DNA of 64,000 bases. Origin: Raillietiella orientalis (taxonomy: Eukaryota). The translations under genes were made by a program, and so were the position numbers. The DNA lies in contig JAYWIR010000042.1 in NCBI GenBank assembly GCA_036172245.1, positions 434,001-498,000 of the forward strand, in the 5' to 3' direction. The first letter of the stretch is position 1, and the number at the start of each line of letters is the position of its first letter. The notes below the pieces were generated by a model, which was given only the letters and a program-made list of their open reading frames with translations, ran no database searches and was not told where the DNA came from. Of this stretch, positions 51,345-64,000 are shown piece by piece.

Positions 51345-54300
51345 GTGAGTACTCCTGTGGTCCAGGACAGCTGCAGAGCCATCTCTAGCCCTCTTAGCGG
51401 TCATCGCAACAGGAAACGAATGCGATTGTGAAATCACTCCTAGCTATGCCAGGAGCTCATGTCACTTCCGAGGTGCGGTGCTCCTTTTCGCTCGATCACC
51501 AACCGAAAGTGCGGTCAAACCGAGGAAAGTGGCGGTGATTCCCCGGAAGGGAATTCATTCGTAGAAGTCACGTGGCTCCACAACGGCTGGGAGCAATTGG
51601 AGCATCGCGCGGATGACTTGAACGCCGCCGGACTCGAGAGATGCTGATGGTACGCCGCTACCAGATTGGGCGGGGGGGGGGGGGGCGCACACCTCCCCTT
51701 CCTGAAGCATCTTCGGACTGGGATCACTCGCACCAGTCAGCAGTGTCTCTCTGGCAGCTCCCTCGCTTTCCAAGCGAATCTCCGCTAGCCGAAGAGCATC
51801 TCTCGAAGATGCGAAAGAGAACACGGGACTCCATCAGACCGCGACGGAGACAGTCCCCAAAAGGGTCACACAGCTAAGGTGGTTAGTTGGTTAGTTGCTC
51901 CTACGTAGTAGTCGTCGTTGTAATACCAGCTTGGGCCTCGCCTACAAAGGAACTCAGGAAGGAGAATGAAAAGAGCAAAGCAAATAAACGAAGAAGGCGG
52001 GCGACGGCGGGTCATTCTCTAGGAAAGAAGAGTTCGCTTGTTTCTCGGTTCCTCAGGACTGAAGGGTGAATTCTGTATCGCTCACGAGGAGTCCTTCGAG
52101 TTGTTGCACCCTTGCGGTCGCACCAGCACTTCAGTGCTTCCTCGCTACGCACCGGCCTGCCCGCATGTTGCCTTTTACCGCTCGACGAAGAAACCTCAGC
52201 ACAGAGTGCATCCTTCCCCCGTCTTGTCTGGGTGGGGTCTGATCGGAAGCTTCGAACTAACCGAACGTGTGTACCTGCCGGAGGCTCATTTCGTGCTGTC
52301 GATAGTGCTGGCCGTCCCAGCGTGCTTGCCGCTCAATTAGTCAGCCTTGTTCAGGAGCTTCCTTGCATCAAGGATCGTGTGCTAATCGTGTGCTCATCTT
52401 TTCTAGAAATCGTCGAATGCCAATTAAGAGATGTTGGAGGAGGAGTTGCAATGAGTTACTGGGACGGTGGTCAAAGCTCCATGAATAGAAAGGCAAACCT
52501 CTGAGGACCATTGAGCGGGTGGCGACCTGTAAGATGTGTGTGTATTCCAGCATGCCTATCACACAGCTGCGATGCACAGAACTGGACCAATGTTATAGTG
52601 TTGGTATAATAAAAGGACTCTTTTCTGCTTCAGTAGACAAGGATCATTGCACAGATGCATATCTTACTGTATACAGTAGGGTTTCCTCTGGCGAACATGC
52701 CTCTGGCTTCTGGATGCATCAATTAAAATGAGAGGAAGATATTTTTGGATGCAAGAACTGATTGGAGTGAGCAAAAGTTGCAAAAGAACCAACGAAAGCA
52801 CGTTCTTTTGCAACAAATTTAAGAAAACCGCATTTCCAAAGTTACGATCTTAGAAGATTCTGTTAGGATTTTGAGTGAGGGATTTAGTGGATTCAGCAAG
52901 CAAATGCTAGGATTCGGTTTTGAAAATCTCGGAAGATCAGTAGTGAAGAGAGGAAGCGCCATGTTCAAAGAACCACCCAGAATCTTACATCTTCTAGTAG
53001 AAACGTTCAATGTCCAAATGGATTAGAATCGCGAAGCAAAGGAGTAATTACAGCTCTTCGGCAAGAGCATAAGAATTCTGAAATACTTATCACTTTGAAA
53101 AATCTGTAAGGATGTTCTAACAAAATGCTCTTGGCGCCGCACGTGTCTGCTTCCAAGTAGTTTTTTTCACATCTCAAGGGCTCTGTCGCCAATGATACGT
53201 TTCGTCGTTTGCATCAGTCTGGGCAAAGCGGACACCAAAACACACGACTGCCTCTCTGCATCACCACGCTTTCCTATTCAGGTATTTGGCAGCTACCACT
53301 TCTTCTCTTCTCGAAGGCGGCTTCATGGCATTTCTTTCCTCAACATTGCCAGCTTATCCCTAGAATCCTGTTATGGTTCGCCAAGCAGAGGCTCCATGTT
53401 CCTTACCGTTCCCGGTGTCCACAACATTACTGCTGCGGTGCACGCAGTTGTGTGATTAGAAATAGAAGAAGCGTCACAGTAGTTGCTCTCTGGGGTGGCC
53501 CTTCATTCAGCAGCCATCGGAAAGTGCTTCTGGGAGACACTGGCCTTCAGCTCGCGTTTTCCACGCGTGTACATCACTGCTATGCAAAACAGCACTAGAG
53601 AAAACAAAAGCGGCCCCAGGCAAGATTCGCAACGCAATTACTCTTTCCCTGGAAAAATCAGAAGATGCACACACTGCGTATGAATGCACGTATAAAAAGG
53701 CTACTGAAAGCAAAGTGAAGAGGCACTGAGAAGAAAGAGTAGATTTGATTTCGATCCTCCTGCTCAAAGGATCACAGAGCGTTCCCACGTCGACACTCCC
53801 ACCTTGCCGGAGTTCTTTGCAAAAGTCCGGAATAGGCCGTTGCGCGCGGATTTTCCCCTTGCGCTGACAGAACTGGGATTTCAGTTTGGAAAAGACAGCA
53901 GTGCTTCTTGTGCAAGAGGGGAAGTGAACAAGCTTTCGTGGGGACATGAGAGGAAGAATGTGTATTCCATACCTTAACGGACTTCATTCGTTCGGCATCG
54001 ACAAGGACCGAGACCTGGAGCCCGAAAGAGCAAATGTTTCTGCCTTACCATGGTGGCAGAGCTTCTTACTTGCTGCTTGATGCTCTTCCGATCGACAAAG
54101 GGGTCGCAGTAAGCAGGGAGCTCTTTGGTCGAGTGATGCGAAGATTTCTGCAAGAGCTCTGGTTTTGTCTCTTCCTTCTGGAAAAGAAGCATTCCTTGTA
54201 TTGTGATTCATCGCTTATTTGATGACCCTGAAAAGGAATTGTCTTCGCCTTCCACTTTTTTTTTTTCCTTTGAGAAGCTGAAACTATAGAGCTCATGCTA

Positions 54301-55099
54301 AAAGGATGCTCTCACTCTTTTCCTTTGTGAGTTGTTGAATATGTTTCCAGAAAATTGAGGAATCTTTATGTAACAAAACAATGCCGCAAGCTGTTTCCAG
54401 TATGCAACTAGTGCTGCACCACCGCCACGCCTCGCAGTCCGACTTATCAAGAACACAAAATCACCCTTCATTCATTAATGATTCACTTTACCACGTCATC
54501 AGCTCTTCAATGAAATTTCATGTGTGGATTCCGAAACATCCATCTTTGTGGACGATGTCTTATTCGTGGCTGCCCAATACCCATTTCCCCCTCATAAAAG
54601 AACTCTAATAGCAGCTCGTTCTCTCCATGGCAAAAAGGATCTTTGTTGCTGATGATTCTATATACGTATCCAAATGCTTGTACTTCCCATGTCTTCTGCC
54701 TGTACTTAAGCTTCCCTGAACACCGTGTGGTAACTAGGCAGCAGATCGATTACTGTATGGTAGGTTTTAACCGTCTTCCAGGAAATCAGGAAGGCAGTAG
54801 GTGAAATTCTCGAGAATCGGTCATGTTAAAAGCTCTGAATTCTTTATTATTTATTAATCATTTAGGCTGCCTGGAAGCTTACTTGAATTCACCGGAACAG
54901 AACTTTCACAGCTGCGACTGCGGTATCACGGGAAAAAAAAAAAAAAAAAAAAATACCCCACTATTGGTGACTAATGTCAGCATCCTTTTGCTAAAGTACA
55001 TTTTCAAGAACCAGTTTGGATTCCAGTCTGCTTCGTGATTCCATGTCATACTGTTTGTTCCTCATCTCCAGAGATACCATTATTTTCTTTGAGAAATAC

Positions 55100-57650
55100 A
55101 CCGGAATATTGGTTGGGATAGAAAGAATGCCTATTTTCCTGCTTTCCAAAACCTTTTCGACGATTCAAACCATCAGAAAAATGGTCGCCGCTCCTTCCCA
55201 GGAGAACCCATTTCGTTTGCTCCGTCCCGGCGCGACTTCCCCATTCCTCTGGTCGGTACGTCTGACGTTCCTTCTCCATGAAAAAGGGAGGAAGGAGATG
55301 CACGAAGATGCTCCCTGAAAGATTCCGCATACTGATCTGGAGAAATATCGGTCACGTTTCCGAGTTCATTGGCTTTGTTAGTCCTCCTGATTCTTCCACA
55401 CCTCAAGCAAATTCTACTTTCCAATATGGGTAAAGGCATTTTCCTCAGTTTGTTTCTTGACTGTACTGTAAAAAAAAAGAAAAAGAAAAAAAAAGTTACT
55501 GACCTTCCTGATTGAGCTTTTCGGGGCGGAATTTCTGAATCTTACAGAATGCCGCATCTCCTTTTAATCAGCAGAACAAACACTTCTCTTTTAGCTGGAA
55601 ACGTCAGTGCTCAATTTCCTTTTGGAAAGAGAGTGCTGATACAGCCACCACCTCTGAGAAAGACCAGCGTTGTCATTAGTAACGACAATCTCGATCTGAT
55701 TCCGTTGCGATCTTGAGAAGAGGCTGCATTCCTGGAGGGGACTGATTCCTCGCAAAGGTTGCTGGCCTAGGTTTTGCCCACGGCCCAGAATCCACAGGAA
55801 AGCTTTCACTCGGAATGAAAGCTGAGTACTTTTGCTTTTACTTCGTGAAGGCGTCCGATATCTCACGAAGTTTTCGGTTGCTGTGGAAATCGGGAAACGA
55901 CTGCTGAAGATGAAAACTGCAGAAATGGATTCTAGCTCCCGGCCTGCGTTCACGAAAATAAACGATTCAGGGCCGTAGATTTGCACTTCCCGCTTCTCCT
56001 TTGCTCAAGTTAATGGTTTCACTTTTTATTCCCTTCATGAATGCATGCCTCCGTCGGATTAGACATCGCTGCTAATGAAAATTATCCTTCTCGAATGTTC
56101 AGACTGAAATCCCAAGATGAAAGTTTCAAACGCCTGCTTGGATGCCCTATGGGTAGTAAAAAAGTTGACTGCCGAGGTGTTTTTGCTGGATTTCCCGGTG
56201 CTGCTCTCTATGGGATCAGGTCCATAGCTTTATTCCAGGATTTTTGCCGTCGTAAAAATCCAGCCCCGTTGGGCAAAGTGACGCGTTCGCTGGTAATAAT
56301 CTTCATATTACCAATTAGGGGCTACCGATTTCAGCATATCTTCTCTTTCGTGCTCGCTCGCTCGTTCATCATCCTGTATTCGGCATCCATCTTCTCATTT
56401 TCGTCTTCTCCACGTGGTCGGCAGTGATCCTGCACATTCGAGGCGAAAGCGGAGCTTCAGGAATGCCCACTTGGATTTGGGAAAACCCTGGGATATTTTT
56501 CGAGTCCTTCCGGCACTTTCGGTAAACAGCTTTAACAGCTCTTGTTCTCCACTATTTTTAAAAGATTTCCACTCAGCAGCCCGTGTTTGCATTGAAGGAA
56601 TTCGGATCCCCGTACTCAGGGAAGAGATTTCACCGGTTCCTCCGCCAAAATGATGAGGGAGGTTCGAGTCGGTGCTTAGGGATGGGTTTGGGAAGTTTCT
56701 TTGGAGTCTCTTCACCAACCATCTTGCGGGCGAAAAGATTTTCATGAGCTTCGCCTGGTTTTGGCAGACATGAAAAATGTGGATAAAAAGAATCCGCTCT
56801 TTGTTCCCGGGCAACTGCTGTTCGCGTAGGCGTTTTCCAAGATTTGCTTCCGGGATTGAAGCGAATAATGGAAGGCGGGTAACGGAAGATCCGCTCCCTC
56901 GAGATTTTTCTCGAGGATGTGTAAGAAGAAGGGTCCACAGATATCCATTTCCTAAAATCTTCTTGCACAGATATGAACGCGGAAGAGTCTGGTTACCGCT
57001 TCGCTGCCATCTATCTGCCGTTTGTTCTGATCTCGTCATCCAAGACTTCCGCGATTCATTTGAAAAAACAGATCACAAGACAGGATCATCCGTTTTTGTC
57101 GTGTTTCTTTCCATTTCAGCGATGAAAAATTCACAGGGAGGCACGAGATGCTTTGAAAAAGTTCCCCAGGCAAGGTTTCTTTGTCCATTTTTTATACTGT
57201 TATAACGAGATCAAGGCTCCGTTTCATCTGTGCAAATGCCTGTTCTTTCTCTTGGTTGGATGAAAAAAATAAATCATGGAATTTGAGTGGAAAATCATGT
57301 AAATGTAAAGAGTGTTCCACTCGGGACTTAGGACCTGCAGTCACACATGCTCCGGAAGGTGCTCTTTGAATATATGAATACAAAGCTCCGGAGTGTACAG
57401 TTTCGTTTCCTCATGGTGCCGGACGAATTCGGAGGAAAGGTGGTTGGTGGTATTGGCGGAATCGAGGACTTTTACTCGGTTCTTCCGGTAACATCCCCCC
57501 TTCCAATTTGCTGCATGAAAGGAACCGTGCAAACTTTCTGCATCATCAAGGTGGAAACCCAGTCCAAGCCAAGTTTTAGATTGATGGTGATTGAAGCTTC
57601 CCACTTATCTGCCTTTCATTTCGCCTAACCCGAAATTTCAGCAAAAAGGG
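55100..57650 (-). mobile_element. Decayed L1/Tx1 RT/thumb relic
   Basis: GALDLV-like (KAFD.V), WLVKRLQ, LPHHFGGG. Confidence 0.4.
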
Positions 57651-58399
57651 CTTTTAAACGAGTCCCTCCCGTCAGGAAAGCGTCACCGAATCTCATCCCA
57701 CTGCATGCTCTCTTCTGCTTTGTTCCGGCAGTAAGTTTTGCACCGGAAACGCACAGATCTCGGAATAACACATAACGATAAGGAGGAAAAAAAAAAAAAA
57801 AAGAGAGAACAGACGTTGTACTTGAGTAGATGAGGATCGATTTTCTGCAGTGGTAACGTCGGTGGGTGCAAATTTTCATGATGGAAAAATCTGCCCTCGT
57901 ATAGCAGCCTCACGGCATCCAATGAGCGGAAGGTGAAAACGGCGACTTGTAAAACTTTGCGGTTCTCTGGGGAATCAAACTACAGCGAGAAGGAATCTAC
58001 AACCGTTGCACGAGTGTTTTTCGCCCACAATAGCAAAACTTCCGTGATTCACGTCCGGTGAGTTGCAAATGCAAGCTGCACGGGTCGATGGAAGCTGGAT
58101 GCTTTTCGAGAGCAGCTGCATTGCGTCTGGAACTTCCGGAATGCTCCGTTCCGAACTTCAGCACGGGTGCTAACTTTCTGCGAAAGTTAGCTAGCAGCCC
58201 CGAAAGAGGCTACGTTCCCATGCAGGGTGCAGAAGACCTCTATCGCAGCTGTAGAATCCGAAGGAGTAAGGGTCAGTATGATGCCAGGAACAGGACACAG
58301 CATCTGAGGATTAAAAGTCAAGCTTTTGAGTTCAGAACGTGTAAAACTTTTCCTTTTCGGTAGGTTGAATGATAAAGAATGCCTGGTGGCTTTCTTGTG

Positions 58400-59650
58400 C
58401 CTTCAATCAGAGTCTCGAATGTAAGATCACTCAAAGGAAGGCATCAAAAATGAAGAAATGTTTGTGTGCTCTTGAATGAAACGTTTTCTGGCAAAAAGAG
58501 CAATAGGGACTTCTCTGACCCATTCATTAGGCTTATATCCTTGCATTTTAGCTTTTCTTATGAGAGAATCTTAGGAGTGTGGTTTGGGATAAGGAAGACA
58601 TTGTCTTCAGAAAGGATAGAAGAGAGAGATGGAACAGTTTTCAATTACGCAAGAGTTTCTGCTTGCAGTGAGCATCACCGATTAACTATGGCCGAGGTCA
58701 AAATAGAGGAAAAGTAATTAGGAACGGATGTGGTGAGACGTCCTACGATTTGTAACGCAGTTCTCTTTTGGATAGAGGTTTTTTCCAGAAATTCCATCCG
58801 ACTTGATTTGGAAGCATGGACATAAGCACTTATGAGTTGTCGAGGATTTCATCATCAACATCTTCAGGTCAATCTGAATCCAGCTTCTGAGGGTAGATTG
58901 GAACAATCCACTTGACCTCCAAACGAGAAACTTCCGAAACACTCCACTGTCAGCAGTAGTATTTCTTTATCGCCTCAGTGAGCAGCGAGATTATGCGATT
59001 ACAGAGACCCGTGGTCATTCAAGGAACACCCAATGAGCAGACTGAATGTGTATTCCCGACTGTTCTATCAGAAAACTTTTCATCGCCTGAACAGAGACAC
59101 CGAACAGAGACAAAGTTGAGTGAGTATTCCAGTTACGAATAGAATCGACTGGAAGGATGTGAGTAGCTGAAAATGAGGACTCGTTTTGATGGTATAAGGA
59201 TCACTTCCACAATTCATGCGATTGATGAGATCACATGGTTACAGTCTCGTAATCGGGGCTTTACTCCCTGTAATGTAAACTCCTATGATTGTGTCATCTT
59301 TTCTGAAAAGAACAGAACTCGGAGCAAAGATAAAGGAACAGCACAGCAGAGATTCAAGGACGAGCGAAAGTGTTTGCAGTGAACTTTGCAATGAGCAGGA
59401 TCAAAATTAAAAGAATAAGGAACTGAGACTAAAGATATTCATACGGGTAGAACTGTGTTTGGATGGTTCCTTGAACGCTCGCGGGTAAAGAGTGAGACTT
59501 CAGAACAAGAAAATGATGTGACACTTCTCGAAGAGAAGAAGGAGTGGTCTCCTGATTGCAGATGAATGTGTCATAGATGAATGCAAAGTATCTTTGACCT
59601 ATAAGATCATTTTCAAAGGCATTTTCAAAACTTCTGTGACGCTAACGGTA
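58400..59650 (+). mobile_element. Decayed LINE endonuclease/RT fragments
   Basis: VLLNET, SNR, FNYA, FDGI and VIFSEK remnants in EN-RT order. Confidence 0.3.
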
Positions 59651-59949
59651 TCGGAATCCTCTTAATTTCTGAGGGTTTTCTCAATTAATCTGAAGATTAA
59701 ATATCCTTCTTTTACCCTACTGTCAGTAAGGAGTAAAATTATGATCAGATAAGATGGCATTTGGAGAGGCATCTATTGTGCAATATATATAAATATAAAG
59801 CAGAGAAGTGTTCGCCAATTTGTTTGTGGTCCACTAGTCTTTCAAGCCCATTCTAGTCTCTCTAGTCTACAGTCTAGGTCTATTAGTCTTTCAAGGTGGA
59901 GAATTCGGATGGAATAGTAAAGGAATGAGACCTCCGGAATTCCTCCCAC

Positions 59950-61780
59950 ACTGCGAGCTCTACTGACGAGGAATCATCTTTGCGAAACTGCTATTCTAGA
60001 AAAAGACGAAAATTGTTTCCCCAAAAGTGCAAAGACTCCAACTAGATGCACAAAGTGAGGTCCTTCAGAAGCCGAACTGCAAAAACGGTTGAAGGAGCAA
60101 AGGTGCGATGAAGATGGAGTGCTGCCCAAGACAAACAAAAGAAGCGATTCTTCGCACATACTCTGGTTGCCATGAGTAGGGAAAGAAGAAGCGGAAAGAG
60201 CAGAATGAGAAGCAAGTGAAGCGATCTGCAGATGCTTGCTGGAAAATCATGAATCGTTCGCCAAGCGTCATTTCTCGGGACACGAAAACTTTGTTTCCAA
60301 AGTAGGTTTTGGCAAGCGATTCTGACCTGCGAACGATTTTTCAACTACACAATCACGACACCGGTATGCGCACTTCATTCATAGTCCCAGAACTCCAGCA
60401 TGCCATTAGCTTTTCTTTTTCCATCTCCACCTAATCGGAAGTGATCCAAACAGGCCTGCATCATCCGATATCTCGCAGATGCATATTTCTTAGAACGCAT
60501 CAACCGCATTTGCGGACACTCCACGTTGCTCTCATTCGTTCACCCCATACTTCACTCTCTTTTCATTGAAATCACCGAAGTGTTGTTTGCTACTGGAAAC
60601 TGCAACCCATCATCAAAAGCTCCTGTAATCTTTGTTTCCATCTTACTAGCTTTGTCTTCGCAATCCCATTTACCTTGAAATGCCATCTACTCGTTGTCAC
60701 GTACGTTACGTTCTTTAAGTGCTCAGCATCATCTCTTTGGTCCGTGATCGCCGGCACAACTGCCCCAAATGTAAGAAGAGGATTCCGCAGGAGTGGAACA
60801 CAAAAATCTGGACTCATCTGGACCCCAGTCTTGCGGGTATTTGGCCTTTTTTTTTTCCCGTCACCGTAGGGAGCTACTCCGACTGGCTGTTGAGGTCCCA
60901 AGCTCTTATGCCAAGTCCATCTCTCTGGAAGTACCATTACATCGGGTCGCTTTTCCAATCTCCCAGTTTCCATACTTTCCAACAGATCCGTGGCAAGAGG
61001 AGAGAAAGGAAGCATTCCGGAATGTCTCCGAAGAAGTGACGAGAGAGGTTTGTCTTTCTTCATCGGAAAGGCAAGAGTGAACTTTCTGGGGGAGCCAAAG
61101 CTCAAAGAGAATGAAAGACAGAAGGAACCAAAAAAGAACCCTAGCCCTACGTCCTTCGTTGCCTGCGATCTCTGCGCGTGGCACTGGACGTCGCGAGTTC
61201 GAACGTAAAGGGTCCACACCGAGAAATGAGGGGGGGGGGGGTTGTGAGTTCCGAGTTCCCCCGCAGGATGGCGCTGGCTGGCCCACGGACTTCGGGTGCG
61301 GCACTAGGGGAAACCGGATGCCCTGTTGACCAGCCAGGATTGGAAGTGGACCCTCCGGGGTCCTTCCGGGAATCGAGGAGTGGTTTCTCATCAGAACTCC
61401 CCTTCCAGTAGGCAGTGGAGCCGTACATCTCGTACCATGGGGGAACTGGAGGATGGATATCTTTCCAGTGTCAAGAAGTGCGCTGCTCCCTTCGTTGTTC
61501 TCTCGAGAGAAGTAACAAGGAGCAGTTCCCTTGTGAGTTCCTTCTGGAGAAGTTCAGGAGCAGATCCTTTCCAGACTATCTTGAAGAAGAAACGAGGAGT
61601 CATCCCATTACGGTAGGTCCCTCCGGAGAGAATGAGGAAGAGGTTCCTTTCAAAGTTCCCTCCGGAGATAACCAGGAAAAGGGTTCTCTACTGAGAGTAA
61701 GAGGAACGGACTGCTTCCACCGGAGCCATCCTGGATTCATGGGTGATCTCCTTCCGCAATAAATTGAAGAATCAGCACGC
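59950..61780 (-). mobile_element. L1/Tx1 ORF2 relic
   Basis: WLRWK, TPRFFFK, LATDLLESMETGRL..VMVLPE, FKVNG, NLLWK..RV. Confidence 0.5.
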
Positions 61781-62649
61781 AATCTCGGGTGGTCTCGCCA
61801 AGTGTTAAAGAGCTTTGTGACCTCTTCTCAAGGAGGCAAACGGTTGTTCAGCATCCCTTGAGAACCCTTGAAAACCATACATAAAGAAAGAAGGAAAACC
61901 CCAAAAGAAAAAAAATGCTGAAAGGGAAGCAGCGAAAACGGAGGAACCCAAATGGATTTCCACCATCCACTATTTCATGAGAAGAAGAATACTTGCAGCA
62001 AGGAGTGAAGGGACCAGAGAATCAGTGACTGCACTAAAAGTCACGAGTACAGGATACACACGGATTCTCATCAGAATTGTCTCACTCACTAGGGTGAGCG
62101 TCTTGTCAAGGGCAAGTGACCCTTTTCGGATCGGTTCCTTTTTCTCTGAAATGGTTGATACCGATGGGGATGCCACATTGACGTCGTTCAACCCTTTTTC
62201 TCTTTCTAGGCAATGATCTGTTCGTGTAGATTGAAATTTAGTGGGTTCAAGGAAGAGCCCACCTAAGCTCCGAGGAGTTCACTCTCATGACACTTCTTTG
62301 ACAAGCCACATGCCCGTGCGCATCCTGATGCTCTACTGAGCTCAGTGGTCATGTTTCGAGTGACCCGAGCGTTGGTTGCGACGAACAAACAATGGAAAAC
62401 AGATGATGATGGCTTGAGGTAATGTTAGGTTCTTTCTCTTCGGGACAGGGAATTAAGGCTGGCTGCCCTTTTCTTTTTCTCCCCCTTCTTCAGAATTGAA
62501 GCGCCAATTTCTTCTGCCTCATGAAGAAGTAGAATGCTCCTGACCAGTCGGAAGTTGCGGCGGCAGCGTCACTCATCAGCTTCGCGCGATCTCCCAAGTT
62601 AGCGATTTGCCCGGGAGAAATCCAAAAGATCGCTGAACCTCGCACAAGC

Positions 62650-64000
62650 CATCATCATTTTCTTTTCCTCCGGCGCTCATGGAAACCGGAAGAAGAGCCA
62701 TGAGACGAGATGGAGGTACTACAGCCTTCCTCTGCGCGAGGCTGTGCTTGCGCACTTCCTCTTGCCACCTCTATCCTCCCTAGAAGACGGAAGGATGACG
62801 TGGCAACGAAGGAACTCTTCGCAGCATCTGCGTCATACGACTGCGCTCTCTCGCATGCCACTCTCGTAGGGCTCGTGAGACCACTTTACCCGATCGAGGA
62901 TGTGTGTCACACTCTCCCGCTTGGAGAGAGGCTGCGTGGCCAGTAAGCAGCCAGGGGCTGAGGCGAAGCAAGCAACCTGCCACGGGGCGAGAGAGAACGC
63001 GCAGAAAGAGCCGCGGGAACTACGAAGGGAGACGAACCAGACTCTAGTCTCATTTGTTGGCCTCAAACGGCGGAGGAATCTGGATTCCTCTGCTGCTTAC
63101 GTTTTTGTGATGTCTGTGAGAGCATCCTTTTAGATTTTTCTTTCTTTTATCTTTTTTGGGTTTCCTTTTCCTTTTTGGTTCTCGAGGAGTGCCAAAGGAC
63201 CACTCGCCTCCTCAGGGAAAGATTACGAAAGCTCTTTGACATTATTCACGCCACTCAAGGGTGCTCACTAACTCTTCAGGCTGTAGAGTGTACCCCGGAG
63301 GGATCACCCTGTGAATCCAGGAATGCTGCGAAGGAAGGAAAGTCCTTTCTTACTCTTGGGAGGGAACTCTCTTCCTGGTTGTCTCCAAAGGGAATCCCAA
63401 GGAAAACCAATTCCTCATTCTCTCGGAAGGGACCCTCCAATTTGTGGGGATCGCTCCTAATTTCTCTCTGGAGGGAACCCAGAAAGGATCCGCTCTTGGT
63501 TTCCTCCTTTGAAGAGAGCTCCGAAGGGGCGTTTCCAAATTTTTCTGAAGAACGCTCTTCTTTCGCTCTGAAGAAACCACCTCCGAGCATGCTCCATAGT
63601 ACGCGATGAAGGCTCAACTTTCACTACCGGAAGGGGAGCTCCCAAGAGATCCGGCTCCCTGATTCCTGGAAGGACCCCAGAGGGTCCATCTCCAATCACG
63701 GTAGGTCTATAAAGATATCCGGTGGTTTCCGGCTTCCACCAGTGCCGCGCCCGAAAAAGGGCTTGCGGCGTCCGGCCTCTAAGAAGGGGTCCGAGATCTC
63801 GGACTCCGACGCAGAAACCGGGAAAGCACCTCGCTGGAAGTCTGGGAGCCAGTCCAAGACTCGTCGGAGGCACATCTCCTTCGTCGAAGGGGAAGAGTTC
63901 GCCTCGGGCAGCGAGGGTTTGATGAGCGTGGGCACTCGAAACTCGGCGCCTAAGAACGTCCCACGCCCCGCCACGGAGGAGATGGAGGGGATGGAGACCG
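62650..64000 (-). mobile_element. L1/Tx1 ORF2 3' part, running off the window end
   Basis: EKFGNAPS..SKEETK..FLG, LVFLGIPFG (KYLG-like), RESVTHIL (Zn-finger remnant). Confidence 0.6.

Noticed and set aside
50840..51700. G-rich tracts resembling MITE termini or G-quadruplexes
   Set aside because: No matching inverted partner or target-site duplication found, and homopolymer runs are common throughout the window.
1..64000. CRISPR array, retron/DGR or other prokaryotic RT system
   Set aside because: No repeat-spacer array is present, all RT remnants are eukaryotic non-LTR or LTR type, and the genes are spliced.

Overview
Eukaryotic (probably invertebrate animal) genomic DNA with spliceosomal introns; no prokaryotic operons, CRISPR arrays or rRNA. 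Two spliced + strand genes were reconstructed by hand. The first is a complete 4-exon C1orf43/NICE-3 homologue (16450-18413, 199 aa, ending ETTV) in an AT-rich, CpG-poor, apparently transposon-free island. The second is a divergent bestrophin (ATG at 30565, at least 8 exons to about 51344, 3' end unresolved) with a GC-AG intron and a 48-nt in-frame intron. Most of the remaining sequence is decayed retroelement: many L1/Tx1-like LINE fragments on both strands, a Ty3/Gypsy gag-protease relic with a partial tRNA-Leu primer-binding site, and the 3' end of a Utopia/NeSL-type restriction-endonuclease retrotransposon in bestrophin intron 1. Nearly all ORFs in the supplied track are spurious or TE debris. 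I found no convincing wholly new system. TE boundaries are approximate, and all family calls come from motif recognition by eye, not database searches.
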